A DNA stretch of 64,000 bases from Candidatus Bathyarchaeia archaeon. Lineage in GTDB: Archaea; Thermoproteota; Bathyarchaeia; Bathyarchaeales; Bathycorpusculaceae. Below the pieces are notes generated by a model. That model was not told where the DNA came from. It worked only from the letters and a program-made list of their open reading frames with translations, and made no database searches. The stretch spans positions 64,001 to 128,000 of the forward strand of contig JBEKBM010000001.1 of NCBI GenBank assembly GCA_050015395.1, given 5' to 3'. Below, one piece after another: positions 9,983 to 19,845 of the stretch (positions are counted from its first letter, which is position 1; each line of letters starts with the position of its first letter). Position numbers and translations under genes: made by a program.

Positions 9983-10221
9983 TTAAAAAAAGATTTGTTT
10001 ATTTACTGTCGGCGATGCTTCTTGTTGTTTCTTAACTTCCATGTAATCGGTCAGCAACAGTATGCCTTGTATTATTAAGAAAATGCCCCCTGCGATGGCC
10101 AGAACCTCTTCAAACACTATCACTATCACACCGAAGATAACACAACGCAAATAGCTGCTAAAACTTGTTTGGAAACGGTTATACCTATTTTTTTCAAGCT
10201 TTTTTCAACAACATCCGTCAA
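9983..10221 (-). pseudogene. Frameshifted small two-TM membrane protein (not in the ORF track)
   Basis: Manual translation gives TTG-start MTDVVEKSLKKIGITVSKQVLAAICV, a frame change near 10140, then IFGVIVIVFEEVLAIAGGIFLIIQGILLLTDYMEVKKQQ...*. Confidence 0.55.
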
Positions 10222-10327
10222 ATATTATTTCTCATATTAGAATTCTCTTAAAAATCACACTTTTAAAATCATTTGAAACGGTAATCTTAAAAATCCAACC
10301 GCATTATTAGCTATAGAGTGAACAAAA

Positions 10328-11206
10328 TTGGAACAGCAACAATTCAAAAAAATCGGAATTTTTAAGTGCGGCAACATTGGGACATCACCAAATCTTGAAC
10401 TTCTCCTCGATGAATTGGCTGACCGAAAAGACATCAAAGTTCGAACAGTCACTACAGGATCAAAAATGAACCTCGAAGACGTTGAAGAAGCATTCCCCAA
10501 AATCTTAGAATTCAACCCAGATATTTTGGTCATGATATCGCCTAATACGGCCTTGCCGGGACCGGCGAAGGCTAGAGAGCAGATTTCAAAAAGCGGTCGG
10601 CCGGGCATTGTGATCTCCGATTTTCCAGCAAAACGGGCAAAAGCAGAAATGGAAAGTCAAGGATTAGGCTACATAATCATCACCGGTGACCCTCTAATCG
10701 GAGCCAGAAAAGAATTCTTGGATCCCATTGAGATGGCGATATTCAACTCAAACGTCAACAAAATACTTGCGATCACTGGCGTTTACAGGATAGTTCAACA
10801 AGAAATTGATAAAGTGATTTATTCGCTTGAAACTGGCCAGACTCCAACTCTACCCAGATTGGTAATAGACATGAATGCCATACGAGACAATTCAACTTTC
10901 AACAATCCGTATGCAAAAGCGAAAGCAATGGCTGCCTATGGCATGGCGGAGAAAATTGCAGAGGTAGACACTCAAGCATGCTTCATGGAGAAAGAGAGTG
11001 AAAAGTACATTCCCCTAGTCGCCTGTGCGCATGAGATAGCTCAAGCATCTGCGAGATTAGCTGAAGAAGCTCGTGAAATTGAGAAATACAATGACACTTT
11101 GCTTAGGAAACCTCACGCGAAAGACGGCAGGCAGAAGGTCAAGACCAGACTGATGCTCGCGCCGACTTTTCCCGAAGAATTCTATGAAAAAAGCGGTTTA
11201 CAGTAG
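10328..11206 (+). CDS. mtd: F420-dependent methylene-H4MPT dehydrogenase
   Basis: KIGIFKCGNIGTS, LLDELADRKDI, GSKM, SPN..LPGP..ARE, D.LIGARKEFLDP.EMA.FN, NPYAKAKA and R.PH motifs. Confidence 0.93.
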   Translation: MEQQQFKKIGIFKCGNIGTSPNLELLLDELADRKDIKVRTVTTGSKMNLEDVEEAFPKILEFNPDILVMISPNTALPGPAKAREQISKSGRPGIVISDFPAKRAKAEMESQGLGYIIITGDPLIGARKEFLDPIEMAIFNSNVNKILAITGVYRIVQQEIDKVIYSLETGQTPTLPRLVIDMNAIRDNSTFNNPYAKAKAMAAYGMAEKIAEVDTQACFMEKESEKYIPLVACAHEIAQASARLAEEAREIEKYNDTLLRKPHAKDGRQKVKTRLMLAPTFPEEFYEKSGLQ

Positions 11207-11309
11207 TCAAACTGTATATACTGTATATACCCATATATAACGTATTTCGACTAAGTATATATTTTTCACTGCTATTCATGTATGACCAATAATAAAGAGG
11301 CAAAAAAAT

Positions 11310-13037
11310 ATGAAAGTACTTGAAGTAAAACCGTTGGAAAACAAGAACTTAACTGTAATGATACAGGAAAAAGAATACAATGAGCCTTTTCAGCTTTTCG
11401 AAAAATCATCATCCGCAAAACTAAATGTTCTCCAAGCGCTCCTAAAACCATCAATCGGCTTCTACAAATTTGTCGAGAATGTGGTTGCCAAAGTAAATAT
11501 AGACTTCGTCACGGAAGAGCTAGGCAATCGATCTCAAAAAGAATTCTTCGAAGATAACATCTTAGCCGACGTGTTCCAAAAAAGCAGCATTCCTTTCTTC
11601 CCCGTTGACATTGACAGCGACGCCAAAACCTATCTTGAATCTGCTTTTGACAAAAAAACAGCATTGAGAGACAACATAATCAAGAACATAGAAAACCTAA
11701 ACAAACAAAAAAGCAGCGATTCCACAGAGAGAGACTACCTCGTTGCATACGGACAGAGTTTACAATCCGAAATAGAGGAACAAGAACACGAAGTCAATTT
11801 CTCAATAAGAGAAAGCTGGATCGTCATGGATATCATGGAGCACGCAAGAGAAATCAAGAACAAAGACGAGATAACATGCCTGCACATTTGCAGCCCCGAA
11901 CACGTGACAGGAATTAAGCAACTGCTAGAATCGGTCAACGCCAACGTCGAAATCGCGAAACTCTCCAAAAAGATAATCTCAACTCAGGTTGAAACTCCCT
12001 CTTCACAGGAAATAGAAAACTGGCTCCAATCAATGCAGATCCAGGTTAAGCCCGTTATCGGAAAAGCAGTTGAAAACGCACCTTACCTGCTGTTCTACCT
12101 CGACACCGACGTTAAAGCAAGCCCATTTGACATCTGCATGGCCTACGATGCCGGATACAACGCTGTCATTCCTTACGAGAACATCATTCCAGAAGACGCC
12201 AAAACGATAGTGCTAGATGCTTTACTCTCCAGAGGACCAAAGGCCGTTAAGCACACGGTCTTTCTGATCGGAGGGAAAAACGCTGAAAGAGCCGAACAAG
12301 TCTTTGAAGCTGCGAAAGATTCGATGTTTCCCCCATTCAAAACAAGTATAATCGTGGACCCTGCTGGTGCATATACAACTGCCGCTGCAATGGTTGCAAA
12401 AGCTGAAAATGCACTCGAGGCAAGCAAGCTCGGCGAATTGAAAACCAAAACTGTCGCTATCCTCGGCACAGGTGCTGTAGGACAAATAGCTGCGGTTCTC
12501 TTGGCTAAAATAGGATGCAATGTAATGATTGCCAGCCTTAATCCGAAACGCGTTGACGGAAAAGAACACGCTGAGGGCATAGCTAAACTTCTAGCCAAGG
12601 ATCACGGCGTTCAAGTCGAAGGCATCTTCGCTCCAACCCCAGCTTCGAAAATTGAAATCATAAAGAAAGCCGATGTAGTGATGTGCGCAGGAGTAAGAGG
12701 CGTTCGCATCATAGACAAAGAAATGCTGAATGAAGTCAAAACCATGAAGGTCCTAATTGACATAAACGCAGTACCACCATTCGGAGTCGAAGGAATAGAA
12801 TTAAAAGATGACATGCGAGAAATGCTGCCTGGAATCTTCACAATCGGAGCACTCACAGTTGGAGATCTAAAACACAAACTTGAAAAAGAGATTCTACGCG
12901 ACGCACGATCCAACGGAAAAGAAGTATACAACTACAACGGTGATCTGCCACTTGCACGAAAACTGTTGCAGAAAGAGCTATTCCCCACCAAGTTGACGCT
13001 GACTTTGAGCTATCCCCCTTCAAAAAATCCTAAGTAG
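11310..13037 (+). CDS. Fusion of an N-terminal TraB/ChaN-like domain and an NAD(P)-dependent methylene-H4MPT dehydrogenase (MtdA/MtdB family)
   Basis: The C-terminal ~315 aa carry SPFD..MAYDAG, SRGP, FLIGG, DPAGAYTTAAAMVA, GTGAVG and DINAVPPFGVEG. The N-terminal ~215 aa carry FVTEEL, PVDI, RESWIV and HICSPEHVTGI..LL. Confidence 0.85.
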   Translation: MKVLEVKPLENKNLTVMIQEKEYNEPFQLFEKSSSAKLNVLQALLKPSIGFYKFVENVVAKVNIDFVTEELGNRSQKEFFEDNILADVFQKSSIPFFPVDIDSDAKTYLESAFDKKTALRDNIIKNIENLNKQKSSDSTERDYLVAYGQSLQSEIEEQEHEVNFSIRESWIVMDIMEHAREIKNKDEITCLHICSPEHVTGIKQLLESVNANVEIAKLSKKIISTQVETPSSQEIENWLQSMQIQVKPVIGKAVENAPYLLFYLDTDVKASPFDICMAYDAGYNAVIPYENIIPEDAKTIVLDALLSRGPKAVKHTVFLIGGKNAERAEQVFEAAKDSMFPPFKTSIIVDPAGAYTTAAAMVAKAENALEASKLGELKTKTVAILGTGAVGQIAAVLLAKIGCNVMIASLNPKRVDGKEHAEGIAKLLAKDHGVQVEGIFAPTPASKIEIIKKADVVMCAGVRGVRIIDKEMLNEVKTMKVLIDINAVPPFGVEGIELKDDMREMLPGIFTIGALTVGDLKHKLEKEILRDARSNGKEVYNYNGDLPLARKLLQKELFPTKLTLTLSYPPSKNPK

Positions 13038-14058
13038 ATACACTAAACGCGCGATTTATCGCGATCTTAGCTATGTTTGCGGCACAGTCCGCAATTCTTT
13101 TTATGTCATCTCTGACGGAGCAGATTGCACAAACCAATTGCTCATTTTTTTGTTTTTCTGCGAAGGCTTTAGCGGCTATTTCCTGATCCAACGTCGCTAT
13201 TTCTTCTCGTTGCCTAAGTATCTCAACTGATTTCGAGACATCCTTCGAAAAGAAAGTGTCCACCGCCTTTACGTATAAATTCACAGCTTCATTTCCTGCA
13301 ATGAACATTAGCTCCAATACGTTCTCCGGAATTTTCAGTTGACTCCCGTCTAGCATTATTACGTGCCGCGCTACGTCCGCTGAATTGTCTGCCACGTCCC
13401 GAATCATGTAAACCAGAGTCTGATAATCCATACATTCCAACGGGTCGATACGAAACTCATTCGCCAAAACGGAGTCTTGTGCAGCATTGCGGAGCACTCG
13501 GATAAGGAAATAGGCGAAATGGTACACATCATCGTCAAGAGAGAAAACAGCTTTTGCCAATGCTATGTCTTTGTTTTTCAGCGATTTAATCGCATCCTCC
13601 CCCATTGACTGAGAGATCAGATGCATCCTCTGTACAGTTTGCTTTAGATCCGCCTTAGTTTCGTCCATTAAGGTTTGAACGAAAACACCCCTAGAGCTAG
13701 CCTCCATAATTCTCATGTATAACATTCCCGCGGTCTTGCGGATTGCCTTTATCTGCGGGACGGAAAAAACTTTTTCTGAGATAAGGGTGATTCCGCTGTA
13801 TCCGTTTAAGTAGCACCCCACTATCTTCATCGTAATCAGCAGCTCGTCTTCATTCGGGTCAATGCGAAGCGTTGTCTCTTTTGTCTCTGTCTTTTTCTTC
13901 GCGCCAGGATAAATAACCAAAGAGCGGTCGCGTTGAATGGCAAATGAGACAACATCGCCTTTCTTCAATTCGTTTAGCTGCATCCAATTTTTGGGAAGAG
14001 AAATTACCAAAGAAGATCTGCCAAGCGACATAACCCTTCGTTCCATACTGTCCCTCAA
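13030..14058 (-). CDS. AbrB-PhoU family phosphate uptake/transcriptional regulator
   Basis: RRVMSLGRSSLVISLPKNW AbrB domain, YLNGY and two PhoU repeats (LDDDV, RIADCAANIA). Confidence 0.88.
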   Translation of the reverse strand: MRDSMERRVMSLGRSSLVISLPKNWMQLNELKKGDVVSFAIQRDRSLVIYPGAKKKTETKETTLRIDPNEDELLITMKIVGCYLNGYSGITLISEKVFSVPQIKAIRKTAGMLYMRIMEASSRGVFVQTLMDETKADLKQTVQRMHLISQSMGEDAIKSLKNKDIALAKAVFSLDDDVYHFAYFLIRVLRNAAQDSVLANEFRIDPLECMDYQTLVYMIRDVADNSADVARHVIMLDGSQLKIPENVLELMFIAGNEAVNLYVKAVDTFFSKDVSKSVEILRQREEIATLDQEIAAKAFAEKQKNEQLVCAICSVRDDIKRIADCAANIAKIAINRAFSVST

Positions 14059-14284
14059 CCTACATATGTACGCGCCTTAATTTATATAAACTAAGCACAT
14101 TTGAATACATACAGTATTAACCCTGGCTAACCGAGACCGTGTGAAAACTCGGGTCGATTTCAGAAAATTGCTTGTTTTATATGCAAAAAGCTGGGCCTAG
14201 ACGTGTTCTATACATATAAAGCGAAATTCTTGAAAAAATTTGACTTTTCACACAATCTCAACAAGCTGGCGCGCGTTTCAAGAG

Positions 14285-15448
14285 CTACTTGAAAACGCTT
14301 TCAATCCTGTCACAAGCTTCCTCTATCTTTTCCTTCGGTTGAGTCAGGGTAAATCGAACATGATTTTCTCCGCATTCACCAAAACCAACCCCTGGCGTAA
14401 CCACCACCCCAACATTCAGCAGTCTGGTCGTGAACTCCATCGAATCGGAGTTGCAGTTTAGCCAAAGGTAGAAGGTGGCTTTTGGTTTGTCGCATTTGAA
14501 GCCTAATGAGCACAATCTTTCAATGAGCACGTCCCGCCTCTCTCGGTAAACTTGGTTGTTTTTTTTCAAGAAATCCGGCGGTTCATTGTTCTTGTAGCTT
14601 TGAAGGGCCTTGACCGCTACTTTTTGAATGTAAACTGGCGGTCCGGAATCGATTTGTGACTTGACCTTGGTTAATCCAGTGACGAGTTGCTTGTTTCCAA
14701 CGGCGAAGGCAATGCGGTCGCCTGTCATGTTGAAAGTTTTTGATAGCGAGTGAAACTCGATGGCGACGTCCATGGCACCATCAACCTCCAGAATGCTGGG
14801 TGCGCGGTAGCCGTCGTAGGTGACTTCTGAATAGGCGTTGTCATAGCAAAGGATGATGTTGTTGTCTTTAGCGAAGTCGACTGCTTCTTTGAGGAATCCT
14901 TTGTCAACGGTGGCTGCCGTTGGGTTGTTGGGGTAATTGAGAAACATCATCTTCGCATTCTTGGCGTCTACCGCTTCAAAATCTGGCGTGAAGCCGTTTT
15001 CCTCAAGCAACGGTAACGGCACCGCTGTGCCATCGCAGAGGATTGTGCCACCGTTAGCGTACACTGGGTAAGCAGGGTCAGGAACTAACACTCGGTCGCC
15101 TGGGTTTATGAATGCTCGAGCAATGTTTGCTATGCCTTCCTTGGAGCCTAAAAGCGCAACCACTTGGTCTTGCTGCAGGTCAACGTTGAATCGTTTCTTG
15201 TACCAGCCTGAAACTGCGTCTCGGAAGTCGGGTTCACCCTGGCTGAAAGAGTAATTGTGATTCTTCGGGTTCGCGACTTCTTCCTTGAGCGCTTCAATGA
15301 CAAATCTTGGGGGCGGAAGGTCTGGATCACCTATGCTCAGTGAAATTAAATCTATGCCTTGCGATTTTTTTTCCTTAATAATTTTCTCAATTTCAGCAAA
15401 CAGATAAGGTGGTAACCGTTTTATTCTCTCGGCATTTTCAAACGTCAT
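14285..15448 (-). CDS. dapL: LL-diaminopimelate aminotransferase
   Basis: LPPYLFAEI, GSKEGI, NYPNNPT, SLSKTFNMTG.R, and position as last gene of the DAP operon. Confidence 0.88.
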   Translation of the reverse strand: MTFENAERIKRLPPYLFAEIEKIIKEKKSQGIDLISLSIGDPDLPPPRFVIEALKEEVANPKNHNYSFSQGEPDFRDAVSGWYKKRFNVDLQQDQVVALLGSKEGIANIARAFINPGDRVLVPDPAYPVYANGGTILCDGTAVPLPLLEENGFTPDFEAVDAKNAKMMFLNYPNNPTAATVDKGFLKEAVDFAKDNNIILCYDNAYSEVTYDGYRAPSILEVDGAMDVAIEFHSLSKTFNMTGDRIAFAVGNKQLVTGLTKVKSQIDSGPPVYIQKVAVKALQSYKNNEPPDFLKKNNQVYRERRDVLIERLCSLGFKCDKPKATFYLWLNCNSDSMEFTTRLLNVGVVVTPGVGFGECGENHVRFTLTQPKEKIEEACDRIESVFK

Positions 15449-15450
15449 GT

Positions 15451-16293
15451 TTATACCTCTTTGAATAGCGTTCCCTCAAAAACTTTTTCAGCTGCACCGC
15501 TCAAAAACAAGCTTTTAGCCACTTCAACCTGCAAATCACCACCCAGCACGTGAACAGTAACTTTGTTTCCAACTTTTCCAAGCTTGTTTGCAGCAGCCAC
15601 AGCAGCGCAGCTTCCTGTACCGCACGCTAAGGTTTCTCCGCAGCCCCTTTCCCAAACACGGACTTTCAACTCGCAGGGGTTTAGGACTTGAACGAAGCCG
15701 ACGTTGGTTCTTTTCGGAAAAGCCTTATGATTCTCCACTTTTGGACCGATTTGCTCTACTGGAAAATCGTCTGCTTTGTCAACGAATATTATGCAGTGCG
15801 GATTGCCCATTGAAAGGCATGTTACCTTGAAGACTTTGCCGTCAACCTCTAAGTTCTCGTTGATGCATGTGCCTTGTCCGACCATGGGAAGGGAGCTTCT
15901 TTCCCAGTTTGGCGAGCCCATGTCCACCTTGACAGCGCTAACTTCTTTGCCCTTGAAGGTTAACCAGACAAGCTTTAAGCCTGAAAGTGTTTCAACTGCG
16001 AACTCTTGCTTGGGAACGATTTTGTTTTCGTAGCAGTACTTGGCAAAGCACCGTATGCCATTGCCGCACATTTCTGCTTCGCTACCGTCAGCGTTGAAAA
16101 TCCGCATCTTAACATCAGCCGCTTTAGAGTTAGAAACCAGTAAGAGCCCGTCTGCTCCAACAGAAAGGCGCCGCTCACAAAGCCTCTTAGCTAATTCTGC
16201 AGCTTGCTTACCGCTAATTTTCTCTTCTCTGTTGTCGATCACTATGTAGTCGTTGCCTAAACCATGCATCTTCCAGAAACGCATCAAGGACAC
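15451..16293 (-). CDS. dapF: Diaminopimelate epimerase
   Basis: KMHGLGNDY, EMCGNG, SMGNPH and ERG.GETLACGTG. Confidence 0.96.
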   Translation of the reverse strand: MSLMRFWKMHGLGNDYIVIDNREEKISGKQAAELAKRLCERRLSVGADGLLLVSNSKAADVKMRIFNADGSEAEMCGNGIRCFAKYCYENKIVPKQEFAVETLSGLKLVWLTFKGKEVSAVKVDMGSPNWERSSLPMVGQGTCINENLEVDGKVFKVTCLSMGNPHCIIFVDKADDFPVEQIGPKVENHKAFPKRTNVGFVQVLNPCELKVRVWERGCGETLACGTGSCAAVAAANKLGKVGNKVTVHVLGGDLQVEVAKSLFLSGAAEKVFEGTLFKEV

Positions 16294-17573
16294 TCTGCCA
16301 TCCGCTGATTAGCGGTTAAATTGTCAAGCTGTTCTCGTTCCCTAATCACGACGGGCTTGCCTTGCCTAATCATGACTTCTGCAGCTCGCGGCCTTGAGTT
16401 GTACTGTGAGCTCATGCTGAAACCGTATGCTCCAGCGTTCAAAACCGCCAGCAAGTCACCCTCCTCGACCACAGGTAGCTCTCGGTCTTTGGCTAAGGCG
16501 TCGCCTGACTCGCAGATTGGACCTACCACATCATAGGTTTCCTTATCAGCCGCTGCAAGCTTATTGGCGACTAGTATTGGATGGTAGGAACCATACATCG
16601 TTGGTCGTACCAGCGTGTTGAAGCCTGCATCCACGCCGACGAATTTTTTTGTAGGCGTAATCTTGACAGTGTTAACGGCTGTTAAGAGGATACTTGCGTC
16701 ACAGACCAAGTATCTGCCTGGTTCAACGCACAAAAAGGGTTTACCGAGACCATATTCAGCAACCTTACCCTTGAACGGCGCCACCACTTTCGAGACGAAG
16801 GCTACTAAATCGAACTCTTGGTCCTCTGGCTTGTAAGGAACCCCAAAACCGCCGCCGATATCGATGAATTCAAACTCGATGCCTATTTCATCATGAACCC
16901 GCTTAGCTATGCTCAACAGTTTATCCACCGCCAAAACGTAAGGTTCTACGTCAAGAATACCCGAGCCAATGTGCATGTGAATACCAAATCGTTCGACCCT
17001 TGCCTTCTTAGCAGTCGCATAAGCCTTTAGAGCATCTTCTTCCGTTAAACCGAACTTTGAGTCTGGACCAGCAGTTATGCAATGGCTATGATGGCCTGCG
17101 CCGATTTCTGGGTTAACACGAACCGACAATGTCGGCGGCACAGCAATCTTTAGCAGCCTATCTAGCTCTGATTGAGAATCCACGTTTACTGTAATGTTGG
17201 CGTCTGCTAGAACTTTTAACTCGTCATTTCGGACGCTGGTTCCGGTGAACATTATGCGATCTTGTGTGTACCCGCTGATTAAGCCCATGAACACTTCGCC
17301 GGGGCTGACAGTGTCCAAGTATGCACCTTCTGACTGCAGAATCTTTAGAACCGTGAGGTTAGAGTTTGCTTTGGCAGCGTAATAGACGCGGACGTACTTG
17401 TAATTGCGGATTAAAGCGTCATGAAGCCGATTGTAATTATCTCTAATACGTTTCTCGCTTACGACGTACAAGGGAGTATCGTATTTTTCAGCCAACTCCT
17501 TAACCGAGAAGCCATCAAAGAACAAGCTGCCTTTTCGGTCCTCTAAGGGTTCACGAAGCTTTCTCTTTACCAT
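16284..17573 (-). CDS. lysA: Diaminopimelate decarboxylase
   Basis: YA.KAN, SKFG, HMHIGS, EPGRY, GPICESGD, GAYG and YNSRP. Start set to the ATG at 17573. Confidence 0.95.
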   Translation of the reverse strand: MVKRKLREPLEDRKGSLFFDGFSVKELAEKYDTPLYVVSEKRIRDNYNRLHDALIRNYKYVRVYYAAKANSNLTVLKILQSEGAYLDTVSPGEVFMGLISGYTQDRIMFTGTSVRNDELKVLADANITVNVDSQSELDRLLKIAVPPTLSVRVNPEIGAGHHSHCITAGPDSKFGLTEEDALKAYATAKKARVERFGIHMHIGSGILDVEPYVLAVDKLLSIAKRVHDEIGIEFEFIDIGGGFGVPYKPEDQEFDLVAFVSKVVAPFKGKVAEYGLGKPFLCVEPGRYLVCDASILLTAVNTVKITPTKKFVGVDAGFNTLVRPTMYGSYHPILVANKLAAADKETYDVVGPICESGDALAKDRELPVVEEGDLLAVLNAGAYGFSMSSQYNSRPRAAEVMIRQGKPVVIREREQLDNLTANQRMAECP

Positions 17574-17612
17574 GTTGTTTACACCAGTTGAATGCGTTAT
17601 TTTGAGCAATAG

Positions 17613-18671
17613 TTAAGCTAAGCCTTTAGCTACAAAGAGCTCAGCACTCAGAATGCCTGCGCCTGCACCACCACGAACCGTATTGTGCCCAAGACACATG
17701 TACTTGAAAGTCATAATTGGGTCCTTGCGGATTCTGCCAACTACAACGCTCATGCCGCAGCCTGTATCTCGGTCAAAACGTGGCTGAGGCCTGTTTTTCT
17801 CATGCCGAACCACGATTGGGTTCGCTGGGGCAGAGGGCAATTTGAGCTTTTGCGGTTCACCGCTAAAATTGGCAAAGGCAGCTTCTATTTCTTCTATCGA
17901 GGGGTCCTCTGCGAGCTTGATGAAGACTGATTCTAAATGCCCATCCTTTACATGGACTCTGTTGCAGCTTGCGCTAAGCTTGAAATCAGCGTTCTGGACA
18001 ACTTTGCCGTTGAAGGTGCCAAGTATCTTTAGGGCTTCCGCTTCCATTTTCTCTTCTTCGCCTGAGATAAAAGGAACAACGTTGTCGATTATGTCTAATG
18101 ATGCAACACCTGGGTATCCTGCTCCGCTAAGCGCCTGCATGGTGGAGACAATAATTTGCTTTAAGCCAAATTGCATCAAAGGCTTTAGCGTAATTGCAAG
18201 TTGGATGGTACTGCAGTTAGGATCCGTCGTTATGAAGCCTTTCCAACCTCGTGACTTCTGCTGAATCTTAATTAAATCAACATGATCAGGGTTAATCTCT
18301 GGAATGATTAAAGGAACATCTTTTTCCATGCGGTGCGCGCTTGCCTTACTGAAAACCGGATAAAGCGCCGCAAACTCAGACTCAACTGAACCCGCCAAGT
18401 CTCCTGGAAGAGACGAAAACACCAAATCCACGTCGCCTGACTTCTCCACTGACTCAACATCAGCGTTTGCTACGGGCATTTCAGCAATCTCTTTAGGCAA
18501 GTTTGACTCCATAACCCAATTGCAAGCATCCCCGTATTTTTTGCCTGCTGACCGCTCTGAAGCAGCAAGCACCTCAATTTGGAACCATGGGTGCCCCTGT
18601 AATAGTTGAATGAACCGTTGTCCAACGGCTCCGGTTGCGCCTAATATGGCTACTTTACGCTTAGACGACAT
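17613..18671 (-). CDS. asd: Aspartate-semialdehyde dehydrogenase
   Basis: GATGAVGQRF, PNCST, QALSGAG and HNTVRGGAG. Confidence 0.96.
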   Translation of the reverse strand: MSSKRKVAILGATGAVGQRFIQLLQGHPWFQIEVLAASERSAGKKYGDACNWVMESNLPKEIAEMPVANADVESVEKSGDVDLVFSSLPGDLAGSVESEFAALYPVFSKASAHRMEKDVPLIIPEINPDHVDLIKIQQKSRGWKGFITTDPNCSTIQLAITLKPLMQFGLKQIIVSTMQALSGAGYPGVASLDIIDNVVPFISGEEEKMEAEALKILGTFNGKVVQNADFKLSASCNRVHVKDGHLESVFIKLAEDPSIEEIEAAFANFSGEPQKLKLPSAPANPIVVRHEKNRPQPRFDRDTGCGMSVVVGRIRKDPIMTFKYMCLGHNTVRGGAGAGILSAELFVAKGLA

Positions 18672-19836
18672 TTTCTATTGCTTCCTTTGCTCTTTTGATT
18701 TGGCTTTCCTCGATAAAAACGTTAATGGTTGCCTTACTCGTTGTAACCTCAATGATATTAATTCCAGCTTGACTTAAAGCAGTGGAGATCTTTGCTATGC
18801 CACCAGGTGAATCAATGAAGATAGGATTGCTAATTTGGACCATGGCAACGTTTTCCCTATGAGTTATCGCCTTGGAGCCTTTTATGCCATGAAGTTTGTT
18901 TAGGACTTGAGTGACGTCGCCGTCTGCGGTGAAGATTGTTACTGATTTTCTTCCAGAGCTGACACCGTAAACTGGTTTTTTGCTAAGCACTGAGAAAATG
19001 TTTCTGATATTTTCTGCGTTAACGTTGCAAACTACGCTTATGGCAATCAAACCTTCTTGTGTTAAGATTTCAGCCGAATTCTGGTTGAAAGATCCTGTGA
19101 TTTCTGTGCCGCCACAAGCAAGGTTGCCTGAGGCAAAGTCTACTATTCTGAGGGCTTGATTTGGTAGTTTATATTTGAGGGCTTCAGCCTTGACGATTTT
19201 TGCCCCGCCTTGTGCCAAATCAAACATTTCGTGAATTTCCAACTTATTGAGTAGTCTTGCGTCTGAAACTACTTTTGGGTCTGCTGAGAGTACTCCGCTT
19301 GTCTCCTTCACCAGAATGATTTCGTCTGCGGATATACAGTTGGCTAGTAATAGCGCTGTTGTATCGCTTCCGCCTCTTCCCAGAGTAGTGACTCTACCCT
19401 GCGAGTCCTTTCCAAGGAAACCACACACAACAGGGATAACAGTACCTAGTAGGGGTTTGACGAATTGCTCGGTTAAAGATGCGGTTTTTTCCAAAATGGG
19501 TTTAGCGTGGAGAAAGTTTGAGTCGGTTATGATGGGCCAGTTCTCGTATGCTGGGTCGAATAGTTTAGCGTTTAAGCCTTGGGCTCTTAGTGCTGCGCAA
19601 AAGATTCGGGCACTTGTTCGTTCACCTATAGATATTATCTCTGCCCACTCAGCGTCGGGAACGCCTATTTGAGAAACCGTTTGGATTAGGCTATCAGTCA
19701 TTTTGCTCATAGCTGAAACTACAACAACAATTTCTTTGAAAGGCGCTTCTGCTATAAGCCGCGCTGCTTGTTGGATTTTCTCACCTGACGATAGGTCAGC
19801 GCCTCCGAACTTGATAACAACCCTGATAGCCAACAT
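18661..19836 (-). CDS. lysC: Aspartate kinase
   Basis: KFGG, VVSAM, TLGRGGSDTTA, ADP and C-terminal ACT domain. Confidence 0.93.
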   Translation of the reverse strand: MLAIRVVIKFGGADLSSGEKIQQAARLIAEAPFKEIVVVVSAMSKMTDSLIQTVSQIGVPDAEWAEIISIGERTSARIFCAALRAQGLNAKLFDPAYENWPIITDSNFLHAKPILEKTASLTEQFVKPLLGTVIPVVCGFLGKDSQGRVTTLGRGGSDTTALLLANCISADEIILVKETSGVLSADPKVVSDARLLNKLEIHEMFDLAQGGAKIVKAEALKYKLPNQALRIVDFASGNLACGGTEITGSFNQNSAEILTQEGLIAISVVCNVNAENIRNIFSVLSKKPVYGVSSGRKSVTIFTADGDVTQVLNKLHGIKGSKAITHRENVAMVQISNPIFIDSPGGIAKISTALSQAGINIIEVTTSKATINVFIEESQIKRAKEAIENVV

Positions 19837-19845
19837 GCTTCACTG

